From: a bacterium
GTDB taxonomy: Bacteria > Patescibacteriota > Dojkabacteria > JAKAPS01 > JAJZLI01
Assembly: GCA_021785355.1 (NCBI GenBank)
Contig: JAJYFR010000004.1
Span: 7,184-71,183, forward strand
Reading direction: 5' to 3'
Length of the DNA: 64,000 nt
Position 1 is the stretch's first letter; each line of letters begins with the position of its first letter. The notes under the pieces are model-generated. The model was not told where the DNA came from, did no database searches, and saw nothing but the letters and a program-made list of their open reading frames with translations. Both the position numbers and the translations under genes were made by a program. This document shows, piece by piece, positions 29,569 to 39,748 of the stretch.

Positions 29569-30438
29569 TCAATAAAGTTTTAATGTTAATAACGTGCCTG
29601 TACTAGATATTGTAGCTAAAGCTACTAAGTTATTATTATTGGTATTATAAAACATAACATCATAAAAGATTCCTAATTTTTTAGAATTGTTCACTTGTAC
29701 AGTATATTGTTGTGCATAAAAAGATTTATTTGAAATAGTTATATTATTTGCAGTAGATGAAGGGTTTGAATAATTAGTATTGTTATATATTATTGGTCCA
29801 TTTTTATGAGGAGTTACAAAAGAAGGAAAATTCTTAGCTTCAGATAAAGGTAGAATAGTATTATATGGTAATTGTGAAAAATTAAATGGAATTACAAAAT
29901 TAGTAAAATTATTTACAATAACAGGTTTATCGTATGATTGATTTGTAGTAGGAGAGGTATATGGGCCAGAGCCTGATCCATAATACACTAGAAAATCTTT
30001 AGTACAACCGGATGCATATATGTATGCTCCGTGAGGATTTGGTCCTGCAGTTATTCCTTCAAATACAATAGATGTTATAAGATATGCATCACTCTCCCAG
30101 TTTTTTGAAGCAGTATTTTGGTCTTGTAGTAATGTATTTTGTGAAGGTTGATTGGGATATAAGTTTATTGGAAACATAGCTGAAGTAGCTGTTCCTTCAG
30201 TTTTACAAGTATTATTACTATTTAAATTTTTTGTGGTAGAGGTTTTTATTTTTTGTATGTTAGTCGATTGTTTAGAGGAGTTATTTGTGCTCTTATTATT
30301 TACAAAGAATAAATAAAGAATTAATAATAACAACAGTGCTATTATTACTATAAGAGAAGTAACTAATAATGTTGGAAATTTAGAATTTGTTTTTTCAACA
30401 TTATTTTGAGGTTGTATATCTTGTACATTTTCTTCCAT
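29569..30438 (-). CDS. Secreted/anchored Asn/Ser/Thr-rich hypothetical protein
   Basis: N-terminal TM anchor (LLVTSLIVIIALLLLLILYLFFV), a low-complexity linker, then a C-terminal approx 200-aa domain. Confidence 0.45.
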   Translation of the reverse strand: MEENVQDIQPQNNVEKTNSKFPTLLVTSLIVIIALLLLLILYLFFVNNKSTNNSSKQSTNIQKIKTSTTKNLNSNNTCKTEGTATSAMFPINLYPNQPSQNTLLQDQNTASKNWESDAYLITSIVFEGITAGPNPHGAYIYASGCTKDFLVYYGSGSGPYTSPTTNQSYDKPVIVNNFTNFVIPFNFSQLPYNTILPLSEAKNFPSFVTPHKNGPIIYNNTNYSNPSSTANNITISNKSFYAQQYTVQVNNSKKLGIFYDVMFYNTNNNNLVALATISSTGTLLTLKLY

Positions 30439-30492
30439 CTTTTACATATATTATCATATATTCTTTTTTTTACAATTCTTGTGTATGATCCA

Positions 30493-30521
30493 ACTCGAAT
30501 ATTTGAAGATATTATAGATAT
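30493..30521 (+). promoter_or_regulatory. Putative sigma70-type promoter of rpmH-rnpA-yidC
   Basis: TTGAAG(30493-30498), 17-nt spacer, TATAAT(30516-30521), 30 nt upstream of the rpmH start. Confidence 0.4.
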
Positions 30522-30551
30522 AATGTATAATAAATAATCTTTATAAATATT

Positions 30552-30734
30552 ATGAAAAGAACTTATCAGCCTAAAAAATTAAAAACTTTAAGAAAATTTG
30601 GATTTATGGAAAGATCTTCTTCTCATGGAGGAAGAAATGTCTTAAAAAGAAGACGTCTTAAGGGAAGAGTAAATCTTACAATTTCAGATATTTTTAGAAA
30701 AATAGGTAAGAAACCTAGAAATAAAGTAAGATAA
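30552..30734 (+). CDS. rpmH: 50S ribosomal protein L34 (with approx 15-aa C-terminal extension)
   Basis: [43 protein letters not shown] matches L34 (MKRTFQPSxxKRxRxHGFRxRMxTxxGRxVLxxRRxKGRxxLT). Confidence 0.85.
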   Translation: MKRTYQPKKLKTLRKFGFMERSSSHGGRNVLKRRRLKGRVNLTISDIFRKIGKKPRNKVR

Positions 30735-31073
30735 ATGTTGCCTTCTAAATACAGACTTAGAAGTAATTATAATAAGATATATAAAGATAAGTCTAAAATT
30801 CATGATGAATATTTTATTCTTTTTTATAAAGAAAATTTATTAAATAATTCTAGATTTGGATTTGTCATAAGGAAGAGATTAGGAAAAGCACATCTGAGAA
30901 ATTTAGTAAAAAGAAGGTTTAGGTATATAGTTAACGAAAATTTAGGTATTATAAAAGAGGGTTATGATTTTATCTTTCTTATAAACCCTAATTTAAAGAA
31001 TTGGGAAGATATAACCTATTTAGATATAAAGAAACATGTTTTAAATACTTTAGAAAAGATAAATAATATATGA
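30735..31073 (+). CDS. rnpA: Ribonuclease P protein component
   Basis: Immediately follows rpmH; basic 112-aa protein with RNR-like motif FGFVIRKRLGKAHLRNLVKRRFR. Confidence 0.8.
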   Translation: MLPSKYRLRSNYNKIYKDKSKIHDEYFILFYKENLLNNSRFGFVIRKRLGKAHLRNLVKRRFRYIVNENLGIIKEGYDFIFLINPNLKNWEDITYLDIKKHVLNTLEKINNI

Positions 31074-31912
31074 ATATATTTTCTCAAATAGCATCCCCCC
31101 TTATTTTTATTTGGAATACAATCTTATTTAATCCTATTATAAATATATTTGTTTTCTTTTATAAAATTTCAGGTTCAAATTTAGGTTTAGCTATAATTAT
31201 AATTACAGTACTTTTAAGGTTACTACTGTGGCCTCTTTTAAAATCTCAACTACAGTCGTCTCGTAATATGCAAAAAATGCAACCTAAGCTTGCTAGTATA
31301 AACAAAAAATATGCAGGAGATGTTGTTAAATTAAGAGAAGAGCAGATGAAAATTTTTAAAGAAGAAGGTGTTAATCCTTTAGGGAGCTGTCTGTCTTTAT
31401 TGGTTCAATTACCTATTCTTTGGGGAGTATATGAAGCTATTATTGTTATGTCTAATCATACCGCAGCTTATCTTAATAAAATAATGTACTTTTCTTTTCT
31501 TAAATATCCCGCTTTATATCATTATAATTTAAGTTTTCTAAATATAAATATGGGAAAAGATGCAATGGAAATAGGTATTTTTTCGGTAGGAGCTTTAAGT
31601 TATATAATTTTATCTTTATTAGTAGCATTTTCTCAATATTTAGTATCTAAAGTTTCTTTACCTCAAACAACAAATGAAATTATAGAGGAGAAAACAGAAC
31701 TAGAACTTCAAAGTAAAGATAAAAAAGCATTAGATGTAGATCCTGCTCAATTCGGGAATATTATGTCTAAACAAATTCTTTATGTTATGCCTGTATTATT
31801 GCTTTTGATTTCTTTAGGTATATTAGGTCCTATTCCTGCAGCATTATCTTTATATTGGGCTGTACAGTCAATTGTTATATACTTACAAACAATTCTTTTT
31901 ATGAAGAAATAG
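31070..31912 (+). CDS. yidC: Membrane protein insertase YidC (short form)
   Basis: Conserved TM2 region GLAIIIITVLLRLLLWPLLKSQLQSSRNMQKMQPKL plus five TM helices; ATGA overlap with rnpA; 280 aa. Confidence 0.85.
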   Translation: MNIFSQIASPLIFIWNTILFNPIINIFVFFYKISGSNLGLAIIIITVLLRLLLWPLLKSQLQSSRNMQKMQPKLASINKKYAGDVVKLREEQMKIFKEEGVNPLGSCLSLLVQLPILWGVYEAIIVMSNHTAAYLNKIMYFSFLKYPALYHYNLSFLNINMGKDAMEIGIFSVGALSYIILSLLVAFSQYLVSKVSLPQTTNEIIEEKTELELQSKDKKALDVDPAQFGNIMSKQILYVMPVLLLLISLGILGPIPAALSLYWAVQSIVIYLQTILFMKK

Positions 31913-32624
31913 TATTTTTTCTAAATAAGTTTATCCATTCTTCTAAATTTAGCTCATGAGCTCTTTTATCTTCATATCCTTCTATGTTATATAATTTTAA
32001 ATTATTTTTTAATTTTTTTCTGGGCTGAATATAACCTTTTTTTATAAAGTTTTCTAAATTAACATCTTCTTTATTAAAAGTTTTTATTTGTTTTATGTAT
32101 ATAATTTGAGATTGTACTTTTGGTGAAGGATAAAAATTTTTATTATCTATAACATCTCCCCTTTCTACAGAAGTAGAGTATATAGATACTGTATTAAAAA
32201 GTAGGTCACCTGGGGTTGTATACTTTTGAGCCACTTCTTTTTGCAGTATTACATATATGTTACTAGCTCTTATTTCATCTTTTAAAAATTTGGATATAAT
32301 ATTTTTTGATATATTATAAGGTAGAGCAGATACTATAGTAAATTTGTCAAAAGGAATATCTTTTAAATCTATAGATAATACATCTTTGTTGATGATATTA
32401 AGGTTATCGAATTTTTCTTTTAAAGAATAACTTAAAACAGGATCTTTTTCTATACATATAAGATTCTTTGTTTTTTTTAAAATTTCTTCTGTTATAAATC
32501 CTTTACCTGGGCCAATTTCTATTATATTCTCTTCTGGTTGAATATATTTTATAAGAGAATGTGCATATTTTTTATTTTTTAAAAAATTTTGACCTAATTT
32601 TTTTTGAGGAGTATTAAAATACAT
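31899..32624 (-). CDS. rsmA: 16S rRNA (adenine1518/1519-N6)-dimethyltransferase
   Basis: KLGQNFLKNKKYAHSLIKYIQPEENIIEIGPGKGFITEEIL (SAM-binding motif I EIGPGxGxLT) and the ALPYNIS motif. Confidence 0.85.
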   Translation of the reverse strand: MYFNTPQKKLGQNFLKNKKYAHSLIKYIQPEENIIEIGPGKGFITEEILKKTKNLICIEKDPVLSYSLKEKFDNLNIINKDVLSIDLKDIPFDKFTIVSALPYNISKNIISKFLKDEIRASNIYVILQKEVAQKYTTPGDLLFNTVSIYSTSVERGDVIDNKNFYPSPKVQSQIIYIKQIKTFNKEDVNLENFIKKGYIQPRKKLKNNLKLYNIEGYEDKRAHELNLEEWINLFRKNTISS

Positions 32625-32886
32625 TATTTGTTACTATCTGAGGAACATAACTTTGAGCGTTATATATATATTTTTTTTGAATAATACTTTTTATTTGTTG
32701 ATATTCTTGAGTATTAACATTTGTTATAGGCGTAATATTTGTATTTAATGTAGTATTTTCAGAAAAATAGGTGTCTATTATTATTATATTTATCATAAGA
32801 AATATAAGTATTAATAATAATTCTATAATTTCAATTATGTGTGTTTTTAGAAATGTATTATCTGTATGTGTTTTTGTTTTTTTCAT
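32614..32886 (-). CDS. Small single-TM protein in the pilus operon
   Basis: 90 aa, one TM helix; overlaps rsmA by 11 nt and abuts the pilO-like gene. Confidence 0.35.
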   Translation of the reverse strand: MKKTKTHTDNTFLKTHIIEIIELLLILIFLMINIIIIDTYFSENTTLNTNITPITNVNTQEYQQIKSIIQKKYIYNAQSYVPQIVTNNVF

Positions 32887-33440
32887 TATTGTATATACAA
32901 ATCTAAAGTTATGCCAGTATTAAGAACAGTTGTTCCTTTTTGAAGCGCAATATTAACTCCTGTAATATTTGTTGCATAATAAGAATTTTCTATCATTGTT
33001 AAAAATTCTAGTGTAGATTCAAAATTTCCAATTATAGATATATTTACAAGAAGAGTATTACTTGTTGTGCTAGAGGATGTAGGAGATACTATTTTTATAG
33101 CTTTTGATGTTACTGTTGCGTTACTGAAAACTATATTATTTCCGCTAAGTCCTGATAATTGTGCAATTTCATTTTCTTGTGCAACCCAGAGAGTAATAGA
33201 ATTTTGAGAAATAAGACTATTGTATAAGAAATTTATTTTAGAAGTATAATTATTTTTTTCAGATAATAGATTTTCTTCTTCTAAATTTTTTTGTTTTAAA
33301 CTCTGAAGTTGTCCATTAAGTGTAGTTTGTTGAGTTTGCACAGAAGAATACATTCCATATATAAAATAAAGCAGATATAAAACTACTATAGTAAATATTG
33401 TATATAAGATTATATTTTTATATTGTTTAATTTGTTGCAT
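32886..33440 (-). CDS. PilO-like type IV pilus inner-membrane assembly protein
   Basis: Bitopic: N-terminal TM (ILYTIFTIVVLYLLYFIYGMY), a coiled coil (LNGQLQSLKQKNLEEENLL), then a periplasmic domain; directly downstream of the pilM-pilN fusion. Confidence 0.45.
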   Translation of the reverse strand: MQQIKQYKNIILYTIFTIVVLYLLYFIYGMYSSVQTQQTTLNGQLQSLKQKNLEEENLLSEKNNYTSKINFLYNSLISQNSITLWVAQENEIAQLSGLSGNNIVFSNATVTSKAIKIVSPTSSSTTSNTLLVNISIIGNFESTLEFLTMIENSYYATNITGVNIALQKGTTVLNTGITLDLYIQ

Positions 33441-35031
33441 TATAGTTAAATGTCATCTTAAATCCTGTATTAAAAGTATTTTGAAAATTAGAAATAGGCA
33501 TAATTACATTAGAAAAATCTTTAGTTCCTAATATATTATTTTCTAAAATTAATAATTCTTTGGAATTTTGAGCAAATCCTTGAAGATTTACTTGCCATTT
33601 TACAGAACTTCCCACCCCCGCATTAAGTATTTGTAATTGATTTAAAGTTATTCCAGGAGGAACTAAGTTTGCTATCTGAGTTATTACCTGAGACCATTTA
33701 TTTTGAGCGGTATATGTTTTTTTTAATGTTAATAAATTTGTATTAAGGTTAGTTATATCTTGCGTTAAACCTACATATTTAGGATTATTAACTTGAGATT
33801 GATATATGTGTATCTGTTTTTTTATTCCAGTTATTTCTATATTGTTTACAACTATAAGAAATATAAAAATTCCTATTATGAAAAGTATATTTATTAATAT
33901 TATTTTTAGAGAAGAAAAACTAAATTGTACTAAATATTTTAGAATTGATGATTTTTTTTGTTTTTGAGGCAGTAAGTTCATATAACTATACTTTTTTACT
34001 TTATTGACAAGCTCTATTCCTATTAGAGGAATATAAGCTGAAATTTGTTCGTGTTTTTCCCATTGAGGTATAGGATAAAGTCTGATATTTGATTTTGCTT
34101 TTTCTACAGGTATTTTAACTTCTTTTTCTATTTTTTCTAATACACCTTTTATAGAAGCTGTTTCTCCATATATATATATTTTTTTTATTTTGTCACTTCC
34201 ATAAAAATTTATAGCTTTTGAAAGTTCTTGAAATAATTGAGTAAAGAGTATGTCTATATGTTTTTTTAATTCTTCATCTTTAATATCTATTCCATTTTTT
34301 TGTAGGAAGGTTTGTATAGCTTCATCTTCTAACTTTTTATATTCTCCTATTGTTTTAGATATTTGGTTTAATCCAAAATAAAAAGAAGTTGAAAATTGTA
34401 TAGCATCCTTTTTATTAATAGATATGCTTGTAAGACTTTTTCCCATATCCAAAAGAAGATATTCTTCTTCTTGATCTTTTCCTAGAGTAATAGCTCTTAG
34501 GGAAGATTGTGCTCTATTTTCAAAAAGAAGAGGAGTAAGGTTAACAATTTTAAGAGTTTCAATAAAAGAATCTGCACTTTCTTTACTTACAGCTGTTACA
34601 ATTATTTCATAAGAGTCTTCATTTTCTGAAAGTATATTAAATGTCCAATAAATATCTTTTTCTTGCATTGGAATAAGACTTGTTATTTGGAATTCTATCG
34701 CTTTTTTAATTTTATTTTTCTCTACTTTAGGAAGACTAAAAATCTGGGAATATATTTGATCATCTGGCATTGTTACGACAACAAATCTAGTTTTTATTTT
34801 TTTTGGATTTTTAGCTTCTAGTAAAGTTTTAAGAGTTTCAGCAACAACATTAGGTTGTCTAATAACTCCTGCAATGAAAGTAGAAGCTGGCATTTCTGTT
34901 TCTGATATGTTTTTAAGCTGAAAAGAATCTTTTTTATTTTTTTCATACTCTAAAATTTTCACAGAACCTGGTGAAATATCAATAGAAAAAACATTTACTT
35001 TTTTAAGAATATTTTTTAAAAAATTATCCAT
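33427..35031 (-). CDS. pilMN: PilM-PilN fusion protein (actin-like ATPase domain plus TM and PilN-like domain)
   Basis: N-terminal approx 340 aa resembles the PilM/FtsA-like fold (FSIDISPGSVKILEY...; LLLDMGKSLTSISI; IYIYGETASIKGV). This is followed by a TM (ILINILFIIGIFIFLIVV) and an approx 140-aa PilN-like periplasmic domain. Confidence 0.7.
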   Translation of the reverse strand: MDNFLKNILKKVNVFSIDISPGSVKILEYEKNKKDSFQLKNISETEMPASTFIAGVIRQPNVVAETLKTLLEAKNPKKIKTRFVVVTMPDDQIYSQIFSLPKVEKNKIKKAIEFQITSLIPMQEKDIYWTFNILSENEDSYEIIVTAVSKESADSFIETLKIVNLTPLLFENRAQSSLRAITLGKDQEEEYLLLDMGKSLTSISINKKDAIQFSTSFYFGLNQISKTIGEYKKLEDEAIQTFLQKNGIDIKDEELKKHIDILFTQLFQELSKAINFYGSDKIKKIYIYGETASIKGVLEKIEKEVKIPVEKAKSNIRLYPIPQWEKHEQISAYIPLIGIELVNKVKKYSYMNLLPQKQKKSSILKYLVQFSFSSLKIILINILFIIGIFIFLIVVNNIEITGIKKQIHIYQSQVNNPKYVGLTQDITNLNTNLLTLKKTYTAQNKWSQVITQIANLVPPGITLNQLQILNAGVGSSVKWQVNLQGFAQNSKELLILENNILGTKDFSNVIMPISNFQNTFNTGFKMTFNYNATN

Positions 35032-35059
35032 ATTTAATATCTTACATTATTTTTTGAGT

Positions 35060-36484
35060 TTAGTTAATCTCATTCCAAGAAATAACTGTAGTTGTACCTA
35101 AAACGAAATTAAAACCAGTAGTTTCATTTATTATATTGCTATTAAGAGTAATTTGAGTAGAGGAAGGCGAATTAGAGTCATAAACTGAATTATTTATGAA
35201 AATATTACCTCCAGCCCATAATGCTCCGCTAACATTTGTTGTTCCATCTCCGCTATCATCTGTGTCATTGTTTATATAAATATTCCCAGGAGAATAAATA
35301 ATTCCAGTAACATTTAGATTTAGATTTCCTCCACTTCCTATATATATGCCTTGATTTCCTGCTATAAGAGGTGGAAGATATTCATTCGCAGAAGGTGAGT
35401 AGGGTGATGTATCTATAAAACTTGCGTTAGTTTGAAATTTATTTTTTACAATTATAGAAGAATTTGTAAAATTGTAAGTAATTGTATTTCCTGCTGAATC
35501 TGTAGTAGGTAAATTTAAATTTGAGTCTATATAATAAACTCCAGCAGGAGGGGATATAGTATCTGTTTGAGTTGTAGTGTTTATGCTTTCATGATTAAAT
35601 AGAAAAGATACAAAAGAAGGTGAACTTGTATAATATGTATTGTTAGTTTGGGCTGTATTTTCCCAAGAACTCATATTAAATACAGGAAGATTAATTTGAG
35701 CAGGAGGAGATAGATTTACTTGAGATCCTATTGTAGAGTTTGTAATAATACAAGAATTAAATCCCCAAAATGAATTCTGACAACTTAATTCTCCTGGTAA
35801 ATCTGAGTTTACAATAATTCCTGTTATAAAATTAGACTGTAAGTTTATAATAGAGGATGTAGGTGTGTTGTTTACTTGGTAAAAATAATCTCCGAATCCT
35901 CCTCCTATTCCCACAGAATTTATATTATTTGAATTAAAATTTGCATCATAGAATTGTAATTCATTATTAGATTGTATATCTCCGTTAACTTGAAAGAAGC
36001 CTCCCATAATAGTATCGTTTGCAAATAATGAATAATTTAATATAGGAGGATTTTGACCTAATTGCGCAACTACCTGTATTGTTCTTTTGACTAATATTTG
36101 TGAATTTTGAGGAGATAAACCTTCTGCTGTTGATACTATTGTTGCTTGTACAGGATTAGTAGAAGTATTGTATGTTACAGTTACAGTATCGGTGCCGTTA
36201 ATAGTTGTATTTATTGGAGATGAGAATGTTCCTCCTGTATAACTTTGTCCTTGTTCTCCAATCTGGAGAAGTGCATTTTCTAATCCAGATTCAGAGAGCG
36301 CTTTTATTTGAGATTCTAATATATCGTTTTGAGAAAGAGAGTATTCACTTGTTGCTATTGAAAGAATAGTAGTAACTACAGTGAGTAGAATAGCTGTTAC
36401 TACTATTACTGCTATGAGTAGCGCTTGTCCTTTATTGTCTTCTTTGAGTTGCTGTAGTTTCATATGTTTTTGTTGTACTAACAC
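35060..36484 (-). CDS. Large pilin-like / pilus-associated protein (PilX/ComGG-like, possible tip or minor pilin)
   Basis: 474 aa with N-terminal KGQALLIAVIVVTAILLTVVTTILSIA (pilin-like hydrophobic helix lacking Glu+5) and a large Asn/Thr/Ser-rich beta-rich domain; embedded in the pilin gene block. Confidence 0.4.
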   Translation of the reverse strand: MLVQQKHMKLQQLKEDNKGQALLIAVIVVTAILLTVVTTILSIATSEYSLSQNDILESQIKALSESGLENALLQIGEQGQSYTGGTFSSPINTTINGTDTVTVTYNTSTNPVQATIVSTAEGLSPQNSQILVKRTIQVVAQLGQNPPILNYSLFANDTIMGGFFQVNGDIQSNNELQFYDANFNSNNINSVGIGGGFGDYFYQVNNTPTSSIINLQSNFITGIIVNSDLPGELSCQNSFWGFNSCIITNSTIGSQVNLSPPAQINLPVFNMSSWENTAQTNNTYYTSSPSFVSFLFNHESINTTTQTDTISPPAGVYYIDSNLNLPTTDSAGNTITYNFTNSSIIVKNKFQTNASFIDTSPYSPSANEYLPPLIAGNQGIYIGSGGNLNLNVTGIIYSPGNIYINNDTDDSGDGTTNVSGALWAGGNIFINNSVYDSNSPSSTQITLNSNIINETTGFNFVLGTTTVISWNEIN

Positions 36485-36926
36485 CTGTTAATCCAAAATT
36501 TTTCTCAGTAATACTAATAAATATAGTAGGAGAGAGTCCTGTATTCGCCTCTTCTGTAAAAGTTAAAGAATATGTATATACATTAGATGAAGATATTTGA
36601 GAAGGAGAATTGTCATTATATTGAGAATATATATTACCATTTTGAGAAAAAAAAGATATAGTGTCTCCTGAAGAATCAGTTTGTATTGTGAGTTTAGTTG
36701 AAGTTGGAGAAGAGGGATTAGGGGATACTACCTCATATGCACTTTCAATGTTTTGAGTTATTTCTTTCATACTTATTCTTATAGTATCATTTGCGTTTGC
36801 AATAGTAGAAACTTTATTCTCAGTTAGTATCATGTCTACAATAATTACAGTAATTGTAAGAATTACAACTCCTGATATGAGTACATAAAGTAATGTTTCT
36901 ATTAAAGTTTGCCCTTTATTATTCAT
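36432..36926 (-). CDS. Minor pilin / pseudopilin
   Basis: N-terminus MNNKGQTLIETLLYVLISGVVILTITVI (G|QTLIE class III signal). Confidence 0.6.
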   Translation of the reverse strand: MNNKGQTLIETLLYVLISGVVILTITVIIVDMILTENKVSTIANANDTIRISMKEITQNIESAYEVVSPNPSSPTSTKLTIQTDSSGDTISFFSQNGNIYSQYNDNSPSQISSSNVYTYSLTFTEEANTGLSPTIFISITEKNFGLTGVSTTKTYETTATQRRQ

Positions 36927-36927
36927 T

Positions 36928-37416
36928 TTAATATGCTTGCCAATTAGTTAAATATTCACTTTCGCTATACGAGAAATTTTCTCCATATGATATAAAAGAT
37001 ACATTTGCGGTAACTTCAACTGAATTTGTAGATATTGTACCTGAAGTTGCATATGAATTCTGAGAAGATCTATATGCATTATCTATGTTAATAGAAATAG
37101 TATATTCATTATATACCTCTGTTCCAGGTACAAGTTCCCATCCTTGAAGTGTATGGGGAGGGGAATTTGTTGAATTGTATTTAAGGTAATATGTTCCTGT
37201 CTGAAGATCTGAGAAAGATTGGTTTTGAAGGGCATATAAACTCTCTAATTGTTGTTGTAATAAGTATTTAGCTTCAAGTTTTTGTTTTGATATTTCTATA
37301 GTTTTTAAAATATCTTGAGTAGCAATTAATGATGATCCAAAAATTATACCAATTATAGTTAGTGAGAGTAGAAGCTCTATAAATGCTTGTCCTTTTTTAT
37401 TAGTAAACAGCTCCAT
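36928..37416 (-). CDS. Minor pilin / pseudopilin
   Basis: N-terminus MELFTNKKGQAFIELLLSLTIIGIIFGSS (G|QAFIE). Confidence 0.6.
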   Translation of the reverse strand: MELFTNKKGQAFIELLLSLTIIGIIFGSSLIATQDILKTIEISKQKLEAKYLLQQQLESLYALQNQSFSDLQTGTYYLKYNSTNSPPHTLQGWELVPGTEVYNEYTISINIDNAYRSSQNSYATSGTISTNSVEVTANVSFISYGENFSYSESEYLTNWQAY

Positions 37417-37867
37417 TATTATTAATGTTTAAATTTATAGAATAAAAATTTCCTCCAAGTGTAAAAGAAATTCCATTATTTGTAAGTTGTCCTGTTACGT
37501 TATTGAAAATTATAGGATTATTGTCTGTAGGAGAAAGGTTGCTAATACTTACACCTGGGGGTAGAGTATATGAATTATTTAGTGAATTTGTAGAGGAGTA
37601 AGTATTTCCTGGAAATTCAGTAACCTGATTATTTTGAAAATATACTCCATATTGAGAATAATTATCAAGATTATTAATTGCATTATCTTGAGCTTGTTTT
37701 ATTAAAGAGTATATTGTTTGGTTAGCAGAATTAACATTAGAACGATTAAGAAATGATATATAAGATATAGAGACCATGGATACTATTGTAAGGAGGATTG
37801 CCATAGTTATTAATATTTCAATTAGGGTAAAACCTTTATTTTTAAACATATTATTTAGATCCTGCAA
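37400..37867 (-). CDS. Type IV pilin-like protein
   Basis: N-terminus NKGFTLIEILITMAILLTIVSMV (G|FTLIE). Confidence 0.75.
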   Translation of the reverse strand: MQDLNNMFKNKGFTLIEILITMAILLTIVSMVSISYISFLNRSNVNSANQTIYSLIKQAQDNAINNLDNYSQYGVYFQNNQVTEFPGNTYSSTNSLNNSYTLPPGVSISNLSPTDNNPIIFNNVTGQLTNNGISFTLGGNFYSINLNINNNGAVY

Positions 37868-39086
37868 CTGAAGTTCCTGGTGTTGTTCCTATACTACCTG
37901 TCATTTGGTATATTGGAGCAATAACTGAAAGTGCAATTAACAAAACTCCACCTCCCATAACAAATAACATCAAAGGCTCTATAATTACAGATAAGTTAGC
38001 AAGAGTATCATCAATTTGGTTTTGATAAAATTCAGAAACAGAAAGTAACATCTCTGAAGTATTTCCTGTTTTATCTCCTACTGCTATCATTCTTGTGGCA
38101 AGAGATGGAAAGAATTTTGGATATTTTTCTAAAGTTAAAGACATTATTTCCCCTCTTTCTACACTAGTAGAGAGTTCATCTATTATTCTTTTATATGCTT
38201 CATTTGAAACAGTATCTTTAACAATTAAGATTCCTTGATTAATGGGTATTCCACTTTTTAGTAAGTTACCTAAAGTTCTAGTGAAGTTAGTTACATTTAT
38301 CTTTTTTATTATATCTCCTGCAATAGGAATTTTTACAGATAATATATTCCATAAGTATTTTGCTTGAGGTAATTTCAATAAAAATTTCATAATAAAAACA
38401 AAAATTATTAGAACTATCAAAACTTCTATTCCATAATTAGTAAGCAAATTAGAAAGACCTAGCATTATTTGTGTAGGTAAAGGTAGAGTTTGTCCTGATC
38501 CTTTAAACATAGATTGTAATTGAGGAAATACAAAAACTATTAACCCTACACCTACAATTAACATTATAGATACAATTATAGCTGGATACATAAGAGCTCC
38601 TACAACTTTTTTCCTTAAAAGATAGCTTTTTTCAATTTGGTCTTTTATAAGTTGTGTATTTTCTGTTAAAGTTCCACTAGTTTCTCCTATTTCTATCATT
38701 TTAGAGATAAGAGGTGTGAATATTTTAGGATATTTACGCATAGAATCAGACAGTTTATTTCCTGATTCTACGTTAAATCTTAAATCTTCTATTATTTTTT
38801 TAAATACAGGTGTTTGAGCATCCTGCACTAGAGACTCTAATGTTTCTGATAGGGACAATCCTGCATTGATCATTTTTCCCATATGATCAAAAAATAATAG
38901 TTTTTCTACTAACTTAACTTTTCCTTTGGATAAATTTTTAGAGCTTTCTTTTCCCTCTTCTAAAGATATAATACTTAAGTTTTGAGATTTTATAATCTCG
39001 ATAGCTTCGTCTCTGCTATTTGAGCTTATCGACCCCTTTTCTATATCTCCAGAATTATTAGTAGCTTCATATTTAAATTCTGCCAT
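37851..39086 (-). CDS. pilC: Type IV pilus platform protein PilC (GspF family)
   Basis: 411 aa with two T2SSF repeats (cytoplasmic domains followed by TM helices; ...LSNLLTNYGIEVLIVLIIFVF...; ...ATRMIAVGDKTGNTSEMLLSVSEFY...). Confidence 0.85.
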   Translation of the reverse strand: MAEFKYEATNNSGDIEKGSISSNSRDEAIEIIKSQNLSIISLEEGKESSKNLSKGKVKLVEKLLFFDHMGKMINAGLSLSETLESLVQDAQTPVFKKIIEDLRFNVESGNKLSDSMRKYPKIFTPLISKMIEIGETSGTLTENTQLIKDQIEKSYLLRKKVVGALMYPAIIVSIMLIVGVGLIVFVFPQLQSMFKGSGQTLPLPTQIMLGLSNLLTNYGIEVLIVLIIFVFIMKFLLKLPQAKYLWNILSVKIPIAGDIIKKINVTNFTRTLGNLLKSGIPINQGILIVKDTVSNEAYKRIIDELSTSVERGEIMSLTLEKYPKFFPSLATRMIAVGDKTGNTSEMLLSVSEFYQNQIDDTLANLSVIIEPLMLFVMGGGVLLIALSVIAPIYQMTGSIGTTPGTSVAGSK

Positions 39087-39139
39087 ATATAAAATATATA
39101 GATTTTAAAAAGTAAAATCAAGTATGATATAATATATTT

Positions 39140-39748
39140 ATGGGAGAAGAAATTAAATATACAGACACTCCTCTATTAGAGCGGAGAATATTAGAATTAG
39201 AATCTCAAAACTCAAAGTTATCAGAAGAGAACGAATTTTTAAAATCCTACAATGAAAGTCTGACTTCTCGTCTTGAAAGAGAAATACGAAATAATCATAT
39301 AGATACTTTAACTGGTTTGTACAATAGGTGTTTTCTAGAGTCTCAAAAGGAAAGATTAAATATTCTTTCTTTTGGAGGAATTCTTTATGGAGTAGTATTT
39401 TTGGACATTAATGGTTTAAAAGAGATAAATGATACTAAAGGGCATAAAGAAGGAGATATTTTAATTAAGAAAATAGCACAATGTTTAGAAGAAACTGTAA
39501 GTTCAAGAGACTTCATCATAAGACTTGGTGGAGATGAATTTTTAGTTATTGTTAATGATTTTCCTCCTAGGTCAAATGAAGTAGAAAAAGATGTGGTTAT
39601 AGATAGAATAAAGGAAGGTATGGAAAGTAGAAATTTAGATATATCTTTAGGTTTTGCAATATCCAGTGAAGGTGATAGTATAGATACTATAATAGATCTT
39701 GCAGATTTAAGGATGTATGAGGATAAAAGAAAAATCAAAAAAAGATAA
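39140..39748 (+). CDS. Diguanylate cyclase (GGDEF domain) with N-terminal coiled coil
   Basis: Intact active site RLGGDEFLVIV, Mg/GTP-binding region VVFLDINGLKEINDTKGHKEGD, and an N-terminal coiled coil with no sensor domain; 202 aa. Confidence 0.85.
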   Translation: MGEEIKYTDTPLLERRILELESQNSKLSEENEFLKSYNESLTSRLEREIRNNHIDTLTGLYNRCFLESQKERLNILSFGGILYGVVFLDINGLKEINDTKGHKEGDILIKKIAQCLEETVSSRDFIIRLGGDEFLVIVNDFPPRSNEVEKDVVIDRIKEGMESRNLDISLGFAISSEGDSIDTIIDLADLRMYEDKRKIKKR